Sequence record: PQ374922.1 | Length of the DNA stretch: 64,000 bases | From: a phage | Reading direction: 5' to 3' (one strand) | The notes under the pieces: generated by a model | Databases searched by the model: none | The model's input: the letters and a program-made list of their open reading frames with translations, nothing else | What the model was told of the DNA's origin: nothing | Made by a program: the position numbers and the translations under genes | In this document: one piece after another, positions 26,941-36,318 of the stretch | Numbering within the stretch: position 1 is the first letter of the stretch | How the letters are laid out: the number at the start of each line of letters is the position of its first letter

Positions 26941-27140
26941 CCTGTAATCAAGACCTGGGCGAAGAGATACAATGGACAGCTGAGTCTCCTCATTTCAGTG
27001 GCCTGGTGATGACGGCCGAAACCCGTTCCCGTGCTGTTGTCCAGTTAGTACTCTGGGCGTTCTACCAGCGCACCCCGTTCTCATACATGGGACAGAAAGA
27101 GATTGATGAACTCCTGAAGTCTCACGCGGTGGAGGTATGA
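26936..27140 (+). CDS. hypothetical protein; GTG start or frameshifted continuation of upstream gene
   Basis: ORF 26856..27140 overlaps 3' end of previous ORF in another frame. Confidence 0.3.
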
Positions 27141-27141
27141 C

Positions 27142-27420
27142 ATGGCTGGTGTATGGTGTGATGTCTTGCTGGTTCGTTACAGCGTAAATGGGAGCACGCA
27201 AGTGTGTTCTGCTTTCTATCCGGTCCCGTTCTCTTCCGGTGGCCTGACGGTTCAGCGAGTTCTCAATATTGAGGCAGAACTGAACAAAAAGTCTTTTGGT
27301 GTACAAGTCCTGGGGTACGATCTTCTGAATGAAATGATGGTTGAAGAAGACAAAGTTGAGACTGTCATTGGTCGTCAGGAGATGGAATCGTTAATCTCCA
27401 AATCGGAGGTCAAATCATGA
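27142..27420 (+). CDS. hypothetical protein (92 aa)
   Basis: GGAGG RBS. Confidence 0.5.
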   Translation: MAGVWCDVLLVRYSVNGSTQVCSAFYPVPFSSGGLTVQRVLNIEAELNKKSFGVQVLGYDLLNEMMVEEDKVETVIGRQEMESLISKSEVKS

Positions 27421-27668
27421 GTCCCAACATGGCAATAATCTGGGTTGGTGAATCGTCAATGCGTTGTCCTCACAAGACGATCACCTTCTTGGACGATGAG
27501 CGCCTGGCCGAACAACGGGTTGAAGTCCGCGAAATGCAGGTTTCTTCAAAGGCGGTGAACGTTCCTGTGACTAATATTCAGACTTTTAAGCCTTGCGTTA
27601 GAGTGATTTGTGAACGCTGTGGATGTTATGGCACGATGACGACTGAAGACGTGGCGAAAGGCTATTAA
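27417..27668 (+). CDS. Cys-rich small protein (83 aa), probable zinc binding
   Basis: CPHK...CERCGC cysteine pattern; ATGA overlap. Confidence 0.5.
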   Translation: MSPNMAIIWVGESSMRCPHKTITFLDDERLAEQRVEVREMQVSSKAVNVPVTNIQTFKPCVRVICERCGCYGTMTTEDVAKGY

Positions 27669-27758
27669 TTCCGCTTTATTCAATAAAATTTGTTAGTTAA
27701 ACTGTAGTCCTCTTGTAGTGAACATGAAAGTAAACATTAACCCAACGGAGAAATCCAG

Positions 27759-28037
27759 ATGAATCGTACTGAATTTGTTGCCCACATTGCTTCGACCCAG
27801 AATATCACCAAAGGCGAAGCGGAGAAAGTAGTGGCATCCTTTATCGACGGTGTTAAAACTGCAGTTGCTGCAGGCGCATCTGTACAGCTGGTCGGCTTCG
27901 GTGCGTTCGAAGTGAAACACCAAGAAGCGCGTGAAGGCCGCAACCCTCTGAACGGCCAGACTATTCAGATCGCGGCGAAAAACGTTGTGAAATTCAAAGT
28001 GGGCGAAGGTCTGAAGAACGCTGCCAACGGCAAGTAA
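27759..28037 (+). CDS. HU/IHF family DNA-binding protein
   Basis: MNRTEFVAHIA...GFGAFEV...RNPLNGQTIQIAAKNVVKFKVG matches HU family; followed by strong terminator. Confidence 0.85.
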   Translation: MNRTEFVAHIASTQNITKGEAEKVVASFIDGVKTAVAAGASVQLVGFGAFEVKHQEAREGRNPLNGQTIQIAAKNVVKFKVGEGLKNAANGK

Positions 28038-28088
28038 TTCTATCTGACGCGCGGCCAGGCTCTGCAATCAGGGCATGGCAAAAGAGAA

Positions 28089-28118
28089 AGCCGGAGTACA
28101 ATGCTCCGGCTTTTTCGT
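28089..28118 (+). terminator. rho-independent terminator after HU gene
   Basis: agccggag-tacaatg-ctccggct followed by ttttt. Confidence 0.75.
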
Positions 28119-28165
28119 TCTTGGGGATCGGGTAAACTATAGGCGAATCCCATAGGAGGAAGAAA

Positions 28166-29884
28166 GTGACAGCATTCAACCAATATACCAAGGCGCTTGA
28201 CGGCGTCGGACCAGTCAGCATAGACCGCATCAAGTCTCTTGCCACTGAGTTCTTCCCGTATGACACCGCCAACCCCGGCCAGATGGAATGCATCGTTGAA
28301 GCCATTGATGCCCTTGTGAATAAGAAATTCAAACACGTGATCATCGAGGCTCCGACTGGTGTGGGTAAATCCCTCATCGGCACTACCATCCATAACGTGC
28401 TTCGCCATTTGGTTCTTGAGCACAACCCGTATGGTCAGTTCCGCACGTCTATCACGACGCCGACCAAAGGTTTACAGGATCAGTATGCAGCAGAGAAAGC
28501 CGTGACGATAGACATCCTGAAGGGCAAGAAGAACTACCGTTGCCACATCAGTCCCGACCTATACTACAACGCCATTCAGTGCCGTATGGCATGCCGTGAT
28601 GGCCACTGTAGTAAGAATCGTTGCCCATATGTTCAGGCGCGTAGACAGTGGACCGACGTCTCCTCCCTGCGCTGCACCAACGCCGCCATGATGGTGGAGA
28701 TGTGTACGACGATTTGTATGAAGCCGGAAAACCGTGCCGATATGCTGATCCTTGACGAGTGTCATAAGATGCCCTCTACGCTCCTAGAGCATACTATCAT
28801 GGAATACAACATAAAGGCTGTGGAAGGGTTGCTTACGATCCCCGAGGGAGTGCCTATCGTGGAGACCATCAAGGATATCATCATCCGCACAGATAACTAT
28901 GAATTGGGCAAGCTGTATTCCCTGTCTGGTGAGATGCATGCGATATTTGATGAACTGCACGGCAAGGTTGAAGCCCTGTTGGAAACTCTTGAGGAACTGG
29001 TAGAGGACGAGCGCCTGACTGAAGCCCAGGTGATGAAGCTGTCTGATATTATTGATACTCTTCACAACCTCAGCGACTACTGTGGTATCATGGGGCAGAC
29101 CAACGCCAGCACTTTCATCGTACAGGAGAAGGACAAGGGTATGATTCAGTTCAAGCCTGTCATCGCCTCTGATGTATCCCAGTTCGGCCTGTTCCGCAAG
29201 GGTGACTACCACGTTCACATGTCGGCTACCATTTGCGGGATTGACTCGTACGCCCGGTCACTGGGTATCCGCGAGGGTGAGTACCACAAGATACAGATCG
29301 GCAACCCTATCCCGATTGAGAACCGGAAAGTCAACTACATGCCCATCATGAAGATGACAGCGAACATGGGTGACTACGAGATGAAGAAGCTGGCTGAATA
29401 CGTGGATGAAATTATCGCGTTCCACCCTGGGCAGTCTGGCATCATTCACACAGTCAGTTATGACCGCGCCCTGGCTCTACAAAAGTTCAGTAAGTACCGG
29501 AATATGATTCACGTTCCTCGTACTCGTAAGGCTCTGATGGACATCATGGAACACGCGTTCAGGACGAAGACACCTTGTGTCATCGCCAGTCCGTCCATGG
29601 AAGAGGGGTATGACTTCAAAGGCGATTATAGTCGATTTCAGATCTTGATCAAGGTGCCATATGATTACCTTGGTGATCCTCTGGTGGCCCACGTCAACAG
29701 TGTGGACCCATCGGCGTACTTCAGGATGGCGGTACTGCGTATCGTTCAGATGTGTGGGCGTTCGGTCAGGGGCGTGAATGACTGGGCTGCGACGTACATC
29801 CTTGATTCTTCTTTTGAATCACTGATGATGCGCAACCCAGAGTTCTTCCCCGCTTGGTTCACTGATGCCGTGTTTGAGGTTTAG
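28166..29884 (+). CDS. DinG/XPD-like Fe-S cluster SF2 DNA helicase
   Basis: GTG start after AGGAGGA; Walker A EAPTGVGKS, DECH box ILDECHKM, four-Cys cluster between them. Confidence 0.7.
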   Translation: MTAFNQYTKALDGVGPVSIDRIKSLATEFFPYDTANPGQMECIVEAIDALVNKKFKHVIIEAPTGVGKSLIGTTIHNVLRHLVLEHNPYGQFRTSITTPTKGLQDQYAAEKAVTIDILKGKKNYRCHISPDLYYNAIQCRMACRDGHCSKNRCPYVQARRQWTDVSSLRCTNAAMMVEMCTTICMKPENRADMLILDECHKMPSTLLEHTIMEYNIKAVEGLLTIPEGVPIVETIKDIIIRTDNYELGKLYSLSGEMHAIFDELHGKVEALLETLEELVEDERLTEAQVMKLSDIIDTLHNLSDYCGIMGQTNASTFIVQEKDKGMIQFKPVIASDVSQFGLFRKGDYHVHMSATICGIDSYARSLGIREGEYHKIQIGNPIPIENRKVNYMPIMKMTANMGDYEMKKLAEYVDEIIAFHPGQSGIIHTVSYDRALALQKFSKYRNMIHVPRTRKALMDIMEHAFRTKTPCVIASPSMEEGYDFKGDYSRFQILIKVPYDYLGDPLVAHVNSVDPSAYFRMAVLRIVQMCGRSVRGVNDWAATYILDSSFESLMMRNPEFFPAWFTDAVFEV

Positions 29885-30648
29885 TAACCCGCAACGAAGG
29901 ACAGATGGCACTTGACATTCGGTTCCAACGACGTCACAGAAACCGTCATATTGTCCGTATCTTGGCTGAAGTCAATGGTGGCGAGAGGTTTGGTCTGAAT
30001 ATGGTTGTATACACTGTAGATCAGATCCTCGCCACGATACCCTACCTTCCCGTCTGTGTCTTGCCAATGACCCAGTGTCTCATCGTAGACATGCACTCTG
30101 AACTCGATCATATGGAAGAGTGCCTTGGGGATGTCCTTGAGTACGCTGGTGCCAACCACGGGAATCTCTATGCTGGAATCATTAGAGTTCCCTTCATAGA
30201 CCGAAGCCCATGCAAAGGTAGGATCACCCCCAGCAACAGGGGTTCGCTTCCAGTATTGGAATTCTGGGTTGCCTGAAGCGTTCTTCTGAAGTAGAATGAC
30301 CTCACCACCTTTGAAGTTCGAGGTATCGATGTCGCCTCGCTGAAGTTCATCTGCTGGAGATCCAATAAATTTCCAGCCTTCGCGATCCAGTAAAGACTTA
30401 TAATAGTCGGTGAACACGTTGCTGTCTTCTGCATCGTTGATGGCATCTTTGAGACCTTGGCCTGTCACCATCTCGTTGAGCTTCAACCACATGTTCTTGA
30501 CAGCAGAAGCTGCTGCGACTTGTCCAGCAGTCCCACCTGCAGCATAATCATAGATGATATCTTCTGACTTGATAGCATCATAGATAGAGAGGAGCAATTG
30601 CTCAATCTGCGGGGCGGTGAGACTGAAACGATATGCGCGGGGTGCCAT
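29881..30648 (-). CDS. hypothetical protein (255 aa), minus strand
   Basis: Internal ATG with GAGGAATG RBS; convergent with helicase gene; ORF track extension to 30807 would overlap RNase H start. Confidence 0.5.
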   Translation of the reverse strand: MAPRAYRFSLTAPQIEQLLLSIYDAIKSEDIIYDYAAGGTAGQVAAASAVKNMWLKLNEMVTGQGLKDAINDAEDSNVFTDYYKSLLDREGWKFIGSPADELQRGDIDTSNFKGGEVILLQKNASGNPEFQYWKRTPVAGGDPTFAWASVYEGNSNDSSIEIPVVGTSVLKDIPKALFHMIEFRVHVYDETLGHWQDTDGKVGYRGEDLIYSVYNHIQTKPLATIDFSQDTDNMTVSVTSLEPNVKCHLSFVAGY

Positions 30649-30693
30649 AGTTTCATTCCTCTTTCTATAAAACCAGTTTGGGATATTTATATC

Positions 30694-31221
30694 ATGATAG
30701 AAATTTATTCTGACGGGGGTTCTAACCCGAAGACCAACCAGGCCGCAGGCTGGGCATTTGTCATCAGGCCAATAACGGGTATGCAATGGAAGGTGTTCTT
30801 CGGTCATCTACCTCCCCCGTCCACTAACAATATCGCCGAGTTGTTGGGTGTGACCAACGCATTGAAGCTACTGTGGGCATTCTCAGGAAAGGGTGAGCGC
30901 AGAATACCAAAGGCAACAATTTGGTCTGACAGCCAATATGCCATCAAGAGTGTCACCGAATGGCGAACGAAGTGGGAGTATCAGGGTTTCCCAGAAAAGA
31001 ACGTTGAACTCATCAAAGATCTGTTCAGAATCTATGATCTCGTTTGTTCAATTTGTGATGTTGAACTAAAATGGGTTAAGGGTCATGCGGGACACGAAGG
31101 CAACGAACTTGCCGATGACTGGGCTACAGCAGCCAAAAACGACAGCAACTTCCTGATTGAGAATGACAAGATCTCGGTGAAGAAGGTTGTTGGATCTTTT
31201 GATGAATTTATCGGTATCTGA
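30694..31221 (+). CDS. ribonuclease HI
   Basis: IYSDGGS, TNNIAEL, SDSQY, KWVKGHAGHEGNELADDWA motifs as in E. coli RNase HI. Confidence 0.85.
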   Translation: MIEIYSDGGSNPKTNQAAGWAFVIRPITGMQWKVFFGHLPPPSTNNIAELLGVTNALKLLWAFSGKGERRIPKATIWSDSQYAIKSVTEWRTKWEYQGFPEKNVELIKDLFRIYDLVCSICDVELKWVKGHAGHEGNELADDWATAAKNDSNFLIENDKISVKKVVGSFDEFIGI

Positions 31222-31232
31222 GGACTATCATA

Positions 31233-32024
31233 ATGGGAATGAACTTCGTGGACAGAGGGGAGAATGTCGTCAAATATTTCACGGACGAAGACAACGAGCG
31301 TGTCATTAGTATCCTTCGTGATTGGATCCCTGCTCGCAAGAAAGCACTTGCTGAGGGCACCAGGCTTCCAAAGATCCCCAACTATGTTGCTCTGCAGGTC
31401 CAGCGCATCATCACCAAGATGAGTACCCGCTACAACTATCGCGATTATCCCTTCCGTGAAGACATGGTCTCTGAAGCAATAGTCAACATCTTGCGCTACC
31501 TCCACACATTTGACGTCGAACACATTGGAAAGAAAGGGAAGATCAACTTCTTCTCTTGGGTGACCATGTGTGCTGATCGATCATTCGCTCGTAAACTGAA
31601 TATCGAAGAAGAGCACACGTACATTAAATTGCGCTCATTTGAAGAGGCGGGTGGGTTCGCAGGCCTGGCAGACGATCCCGACTTCCAACAAGAGGTCTTT
31701 GTTGATGCTACAGGAATTGGCATGGACTTCCGTGAACGTATCGGCAACTTTGAGAACAAAAAGGACGCTCAAAGGCAGAAGGAGCGAGAGAAGGTGGAGG
31801 CAGCTCGTCTCGCAGAATCGAATAAAAAGATTGCGAAAGGCATACTTCAATACATGGCGCAGGCTAAGAATACGGTAACAGCGCAGGCCGAAGACAATTC
31901 AGATCAAGACTTCGGCAAAACCCAATTCAATCTGGAAGATGATATCTGTGCGATGGAACCAGATTGGGAAGCCCTCAAACAAAGATTAGAAGAACGGGAG
32001 AAAAAGAACAATGGCGATTGCTAA
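31233..32024 (+). CDS. late-transcription sigma factor, T4 gp55-like
   Basis: Pattern similarity to T4 gp55 as recalled (ISILRDWIP, central helical region); precedes gp47/gp46 as in T4. Confidence 0.65.
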   Translation: MGMNFVDRGENVVKYFTDEDNERVISILRDWIPARKKALAEGTRLPKIPNYVALQVQRIITKMSTRYNYRDYPFREDMVSEAIVNILRYLHTFDVEHIGKKGKINFFSWVTMCADRSFARKLNIEEEHTYIKLRSFEEAGGFAGLADDPDFQQEVFVDATGIGMDFRERIGNFENKKDAQRQKEREKVEAARLAESNKKIAKGILQYMAQAKNTVTAQAEDNSDQDFGKTQFNLEDDICAMEPDWEALKQRLEEREKKNNGDC

Positions 32025-33126
32025 AATTGGCGATCTGCATATCGGGAGCCGTAATGGTTCTCGATACGTTCGCGACTTCATCAAGAACTATCTCATCAAT
32101 TATTTCATTCCTGAACTTGCCGACTCTGATATCAAAGAGGTCTGGCAGTTCGGTGATACGTTTGATGTCCGCAAATTCATGTACGGTCGTGACAAAGACT
32201 GGCTGAAGGATGAACTCACCCCTGCGTTGAAAGCGGCTGGTATCAAGTGGAATGGCATCGTGGGCAACCATGATATCACCCTGGAAGAGTCCAACCGCAT
32301 CAACTGGCCATCCTACCTGAACGAACTCGACCCGGATGTGTACTGCTATTACAGCGAACCGACCGAAGTGATGATCGAGGGTGTCAAGACTCTGCTGCTG
32401 CCTTGGATCAACAAGGAGAACTATGATGCGTCTATTAAAGCGATACAAGATACAGACGCCGAGTACTGTTTTGCGCATCTGGAGCTGGCGGGGTTCAAAA
32501 TGTATCAGTCTTCTACTTGTGATCACGGTCAGATCGACGTTGCTCTGCTTTCCAAGTTTACCAGAGTCGACACGGGTCATTTCCATACCCGTTCGATGGA
32601 AGGTAACATTCAATATATTGGGACTCCATATCACCTGAACTGGGAAGACTACAAAGACGGTACCAACCGTGGCTTCTATGTGGACGACATGCGTGGTGGT
32701 GAGATCTTTATCCCGAACGCCGAGCACCAGACGCTGTTCCGCTATGTGGAATATGATTACACCAAGTTGTCCTCTGATGAAGAAGGTAATTGGATCGACC
32801 CGGAATGGTTGAACACAGGCTTGGGTATTGAAGGGCAAATTGTTAAGGTTATTGTACAGAACCGTGACAATGCTAAGCATTATGAAAAGTTCTATGATGC
32901 CATGAAGCGCTGTAAGTGCATTGACTACAACTTCATCGACCGGACGATTACTGTTGCTGCCGAGAAGGTTGAGGTCACCGAAGAGATGGTGGCGACCGAT
33001 GCGGTGGAAGTCCTGAAGAAGGATATCCGCGCCGGGAACAACATTCAGCGCCCCGACAATGTCTGTAAACTGGCAGAGCACTTCTATAATGCTGCCCAAC
33101 AACGCCTGAACAAACTGGATGCATAA
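32011..33126 (+). CDS. recombination nuclease subunit, Mre11/SbcD-like (T4 gp47-like)
   Basis: Calcineurin-like phosphoesterase motifs GDLHIG, GNHD, GHFH. Confidence 0.85.
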   Translation: MAIAKIGDLHIGSRNGSRYVRDFIKNYLINYFIPELADSDIKEVWQFGDTFDVRKFMYGRDKDWLKDELTPALKAAGIKWNGIVGNHDITLEESNRINWPSYLNELDPDVYCYYSEPTEVMIEGVKTLLLPWINKENYDASIKAIQDTDAEYCFAHLELAGFKMYQSSTCDHGQIDVALLSKFTRVDTGHFHTRSMEGNIQYIGTPYHLNWEDYKDGTNRGFYVDDMRGGEIFIPNAEHQTLFRYVEYDYTKLSSDEEGNWIDPEWLNTGLGIEGQIVKVIVQNRDNAKHYEKFYDAMKRCKCIDYNFIDRTITVAAEKVEVTEEMVATDAVEVLKKDIRAGNNIQRPDNVCKLAEHFYNAAQQRLNKLDA

Positions 33127-35464
33127 CATGACTCAGAGCACAGATATCTTGACCAAATTTGGTAATCTTTTGAAGGAAGCCGACGCCCCGGTCGAGGTTG
33201 AAGTCCCATTTGAAGTGCGTAACGTTGTTACACACAAACTGACCTTCCGCAAAGGCCGCGCCAAGAACTTCCGCTCCATCGGCAATCAGTTCATGGAGAT
33301 TGATTATCAGCGCAACCCGGCCACCCTTGTTACGTCTGATGACAACGGCGCGGGTAAATCCACGATGCTGGTATGGCTGCTGTTTTTCGTACTGTACAAC
33401 GACACATACAGCAAGAAGGAGAAGAAGGCAGGTCTGGTTAACTCACAGAGCCGCAAGGAATGTGTGGGTGAGGTGGAGTTTGCCTGCCGTGGTAGCGAAT
33501 GGAAGGTTCGCCGTGGCATTAAACCTGACTTTGTTGAAGTCTACCAGATGGTGGACGGCAAGTGGTTGCAGATCGATAACGAAGCAGCCAAAGCCGACAT
33601 GAACAAGTACATCGTGAACCTCATCGGCGTGGACCAGAAGATGTTTGAGAACTCTCTGGTGCTGGGCAAAGAGAAGTTCATTCCGTTCACGGAGATGTAC
33701 ACAGCCGACCGCCGCGCCATGGTGGAGACTATCTGGGACTTGGGCTTCTTCAGCCTGATGAACGAAGATGTCAAGGCTGCCATCAAGAAAGCGAACGAAA
33801 AGCTGGACACGATAGCGAATGAATGTGCGTTGAAGGTTGTTGACCGCACCAACAAGAAGACGCAGCTACAGCAGATAGAGCGGTCCAATGCCCTTATCCA
33901 ACAGCAGTCGGCCGATATCCTTGTACAGCAACAGGAAGCCCTGACTTCCCTAGACGCTGACATCGCCGCCCAGAATGAAGAGCGCACCCGCCTCACGGCT
34001 GTGGAGTTTGAAGCCACCCAGGAAATGAAGACGGTAGAAAGCCGCCTGCATGATGAATCCATGGTGGAGATCGAGGCTGTCAAGAAAGACTTTGATGCCA
34101 AGATCCAGGCGGTGAAGGACGCCGCGCAGGACAAGGCTGACGATTATGAGCGCATCGAAGTGTCTACTGCGGAGCATGATCTTCAGGTCTTGCGTGACCG
34201 CGCCTTTACAGTGGCCGAACGCAAGAACACCCTGCTCACCGAGCGCAACACAAACCTGGACACCCTGAACGCTGCTATTCAGCGCCGCCAGCAGGGTGAG
34301 AACTTCCGTATCAAGTTCCAGACTGAAATGGAGGGGCATCAGTCGGCCATCAAGCGCTTCCACGATATGGGGACTTGCCCAACATGTACCCAACTGGTGT
34401 CTGATGACACCAAGGCGCGGATTGAGAGTGAGTACAATCCTCGGATCCAGGAACTACAGTCGAAGTTAGATCAACTGGACAAAGTTACCGCCGATATCAA
34501 TGTCCTGATCGATGATCACAAGGCTCAGGACGACAAGCTGGTTGCTGACATTGCTGTGTTGGATGCTGAACTGGATGCCATGCGCAAGCAGGCCGACGAA
34601 ATCGTTGACAACATCAAGCAGCTGCGCCGTGATATTCAAGGTTTTCATGATGCCGCCACGATTGAGTGTAATTCGCTGAACCGTGAATGCCAACAGAAGA
34701 TCCTTGACATCCGTAAGGCACTGAACGTTCGTTTTGAAGATATCACTGCTTCGCTGCAACAGACGCGAGAGAATGCCGTCAGCGGGATTAAAGCCGTCGA
34801 TGATAAGATCGCCGAGCTGAAAGTCCGTCGTGCTCCTCTCGTGGCGTCTATTGCCGATCTGGAGCGTAAACTGGCTGTACAGCCAACACCTACCACCGAC
34901 CTGGAGAACTCTATCGCTGCGTTGGAAGGTGAACTGGAGGCTCTGTATGAACTCCGTGAAGATGCAGATGAGGAACTCCAGGACTTACAGCACCTGCTGT
35001 TCTTCTTGAAGGATGACCAGACCAAGGCGCGTATCATCTCCCTGTACTTGCCATTCCTCAATAGCAAGATCAACGAGTATCTTGAAGCCCTCAACATGTT
35101 CTTGGACATCGTTGTTGACGATACCTTTGAGATCACCATGAGCGCAGCAGGTCGCAAAGGACAGAGTATCTTCTCCCTGTCTACTGGCCAGCGCAGTCGT
35201 CTGAACCTGGCTGTAACATTAGCTCTGCGCGATGTGGCTAACCTCAAGGCATCGGTGCAATGTAACCTGTTTGTCCTGGACGAAATCCTTGAGAACATGA
35301 GCGAGCGCGGGGTGCAGGAATCGGTTGAGATGTTGAAGCATAAGTTCGGCGGGAACAACCTGTTTGTTATTAGCCAGCGCGAACAGGAGTTCCAGGAATA
35401 CTTCCAACACAACATTCGCTACGGCCTGCGAAACGGCCTGACTGAAGTCATCAAGAAGGATTGA
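33119..35464 (+). CDS. recombination ATPase subunit, Rad50/SbcC-like (T4 gp46-like)
   Basis: Walker A DDNGAGKST, long coiled coil with CPTC zinc hook, signature LSTGQRSRL, Walker B LFVLDE. Confidence 0.85.
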   Translation: MHNMTQSTDILTKFGNLLKEADAPVEVEVPFEVRNVVTHKLTFRKGRAKNFRSIGNQFMEIDYQRNPATLVTSDDNGAGKSTMLVWLLFFVLYNDTYSKKEKKAGLVNSQSRKECVGEVEFACRGSEWKVRRGIKPDFVEVYQMVDGKWLQIDNEAAKADMNKYIVNLIGVDQKMFENSLVLGKEKFIPFTEMYTADRRAMVETIWDLGFFSLMNEDVKAAIKKANEKLDTIANECALKVVDRTNKKTQLQQIERSNALIQQQSADILVQQQEALTSLDADIAAQNEERTRLTAVEFEATQEMKTVESRLHDESMVEIEAVKKDFDAKIQAVKDAAQDKADDYERIEVSTAEHDLQVLRDRAFTVAERKNTLLTERNTNLDTLNAAIQRRQQGENFRIKFQTEMEGHQSAIKRFHDMGTCPTCTQLVSDDTKARIESEYNPRIQELQSKLDQLDKVTADINVLIDDHKAQDDKLVADIAVLDAELDAMRKQADEIVDNIKQLRRDIQGFHDAATIECNSLNRECQQKILDIRKALNVRFEDITASLQQTRENAVSGIKAVDDKIAELKVRRAPLVASIADLERKLAVQPTPTTDLENSIAALEGELEALYELREDADEELQDLQHLLFFLKDDQTKARIISLYLPFLNSKINEYLEALNMFLDIVVDDTFEITMSAAGRKGQSIFSLSTGQRSRLNLAVTLALRDVANLKASVQCNLFVLDEILENMSERGVQESVEMLKHKFGGNNLFVISQREQEFQEYFQHNIRYGLRNGLTEVIKKD

Positions 35465-35466
35465 TC

Positions 35467-35631
35467 ATGAACTACGAACAAATTAAACTCGCAATCCTGG
35501 TCTTTGCATGCATCATTGACATCGTTGCGTTTTCTCGTGAAGTCGAAAGGAAAAACTACCTGAAATCACTGGGGTATCTCGGGTTCTCTGTCTGTTTCTG
35601 TTATCTACTTGCAGGTCAAATCCTGAAATGA
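35467..35631 (+). CDS. hypothetical small membrane protein (54 aa)
   Basis: Not in ORF track; hydrophobic. Confidence 0.3.
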   Translation: MNYEQIKLAILVFACIIDIVAFSREVERKNYLKSLGYLGFSVCFCYLLAGQILK

Positions 35632-35957
35632 AAGTCGTCCACTTCAAGAAGGAGCCATACGACGTCTACATCGGTCGTCCCGGTAAATGGGGGAACCCAT
35701 TTGAGGTCAAAGACCATGGACGAGGCGTCTGTATCGAACTGTTTGAGGACGACCTGTATGTGCGCCTGATTGAAGGGGATATCACTGAGGATGAACTCCT
35801 TGATCTTGACGGGAAGGTATTGGGGTGCTGGTGTAAGCCGCGCCCCTGCCACGGAGATGTTTACGTCAAAGTCGTCGGGCGTATTAAACTATTCCGCAAG
35901 CTGGGTAAATCCTTTACTGAACATCTGAGACAAACGTATGTCAGAAAACAAAGATGA
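35628..35957 (+). CDS. DUF4326-like protein
   Basis: Motifs YIGRPGKWGNPF and CWCKPRPCHGD as I recall for DUF4326. Confidence 0.5.
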   Translation: MKVVHFKKEPYDVYIGRPGKWGNPFEVKDHGRGVCIELFEDDLYVRLIEGDITEDELLDLDGKVLGCWCKPRPCHGDVYVKVVGRIKLFRKLGKSFTEHLRQTYVRKQR

Positions 35958-36222
35958 AATTCAGGAATCCTGTGACATTGCTGTGGAGATATGGAATCGC
36001 AGGAATCCTCATTACCAAGTGACCGTCACTCCGAATCGTTATCTTGAGCAGGGTGGTCTGATTGTGGTTGATGCTGTACTCGCTTTCAACAAGTACCAAG
36101 ATATGCAGATCCTGGACGGCAACTTTACCGTCGCGACCAAGACGGCATGGGATGACCCTCTACAGTTCGTCTACGGCTGGCTGGAGTGCATCGAGGAATC
36201 CTACCACCTCATCTACGAATGA
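35938..36222 (+). CDS. hypothetical protein (94 aa)
   Basis: Followed by terminator hairpin. Confidence 0.5.
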   Translation: MSENKDEIQESCDIAVEIWNRRNPHYQVTVTPNRYLEQGGLIVVDAVLAFNKYQDMQILDGNFTVATKTAWDDPLQFVYGWLECIEESYHLIYE

Positions 36223-36227
36223 GGCTG

Positions 36228-36261
36228 AAGGGCACTAAATACCACGTGCCCTTTATCTTTT
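36228..36261 (+). terminator. terminator hairpin with late-promoter-like TAAATAC in loop
   Basis: aagggcac-TAAATACCAC-gtgccctt followed by tatctttt. Confidence 0.6.
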
Positions 36262-36318
36262 AACCCCTGTCAGGAGGCTCAATCGAGCTGCAAGTCGACA
36301 AACATAAGGAACGCCATC

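Noticed and set aside
30694-31221. Calling the RNase H gene the T4 rnh ortholog
   Set aside because: Motifs are those of RNase HI, not the FEN-type 5'-3' exonuclease encoded by T4 rnh; annotated as RNase HI without a T4 gene symbol
31975-33129. 384-aa minus-strand ORF covering the Mre11-like gene
   Set aside because: Antisense to a gene with clear phosphoesterase motifs
33541-35415. Several minus-strand ORFs (33541-34134, 33950-34393, 34645-35415) inside the Rad50-like gene
   Set aside because: Antisense to a motif-supported gene; Ser/Arg/Leu/Cys-rich low-complexity translations
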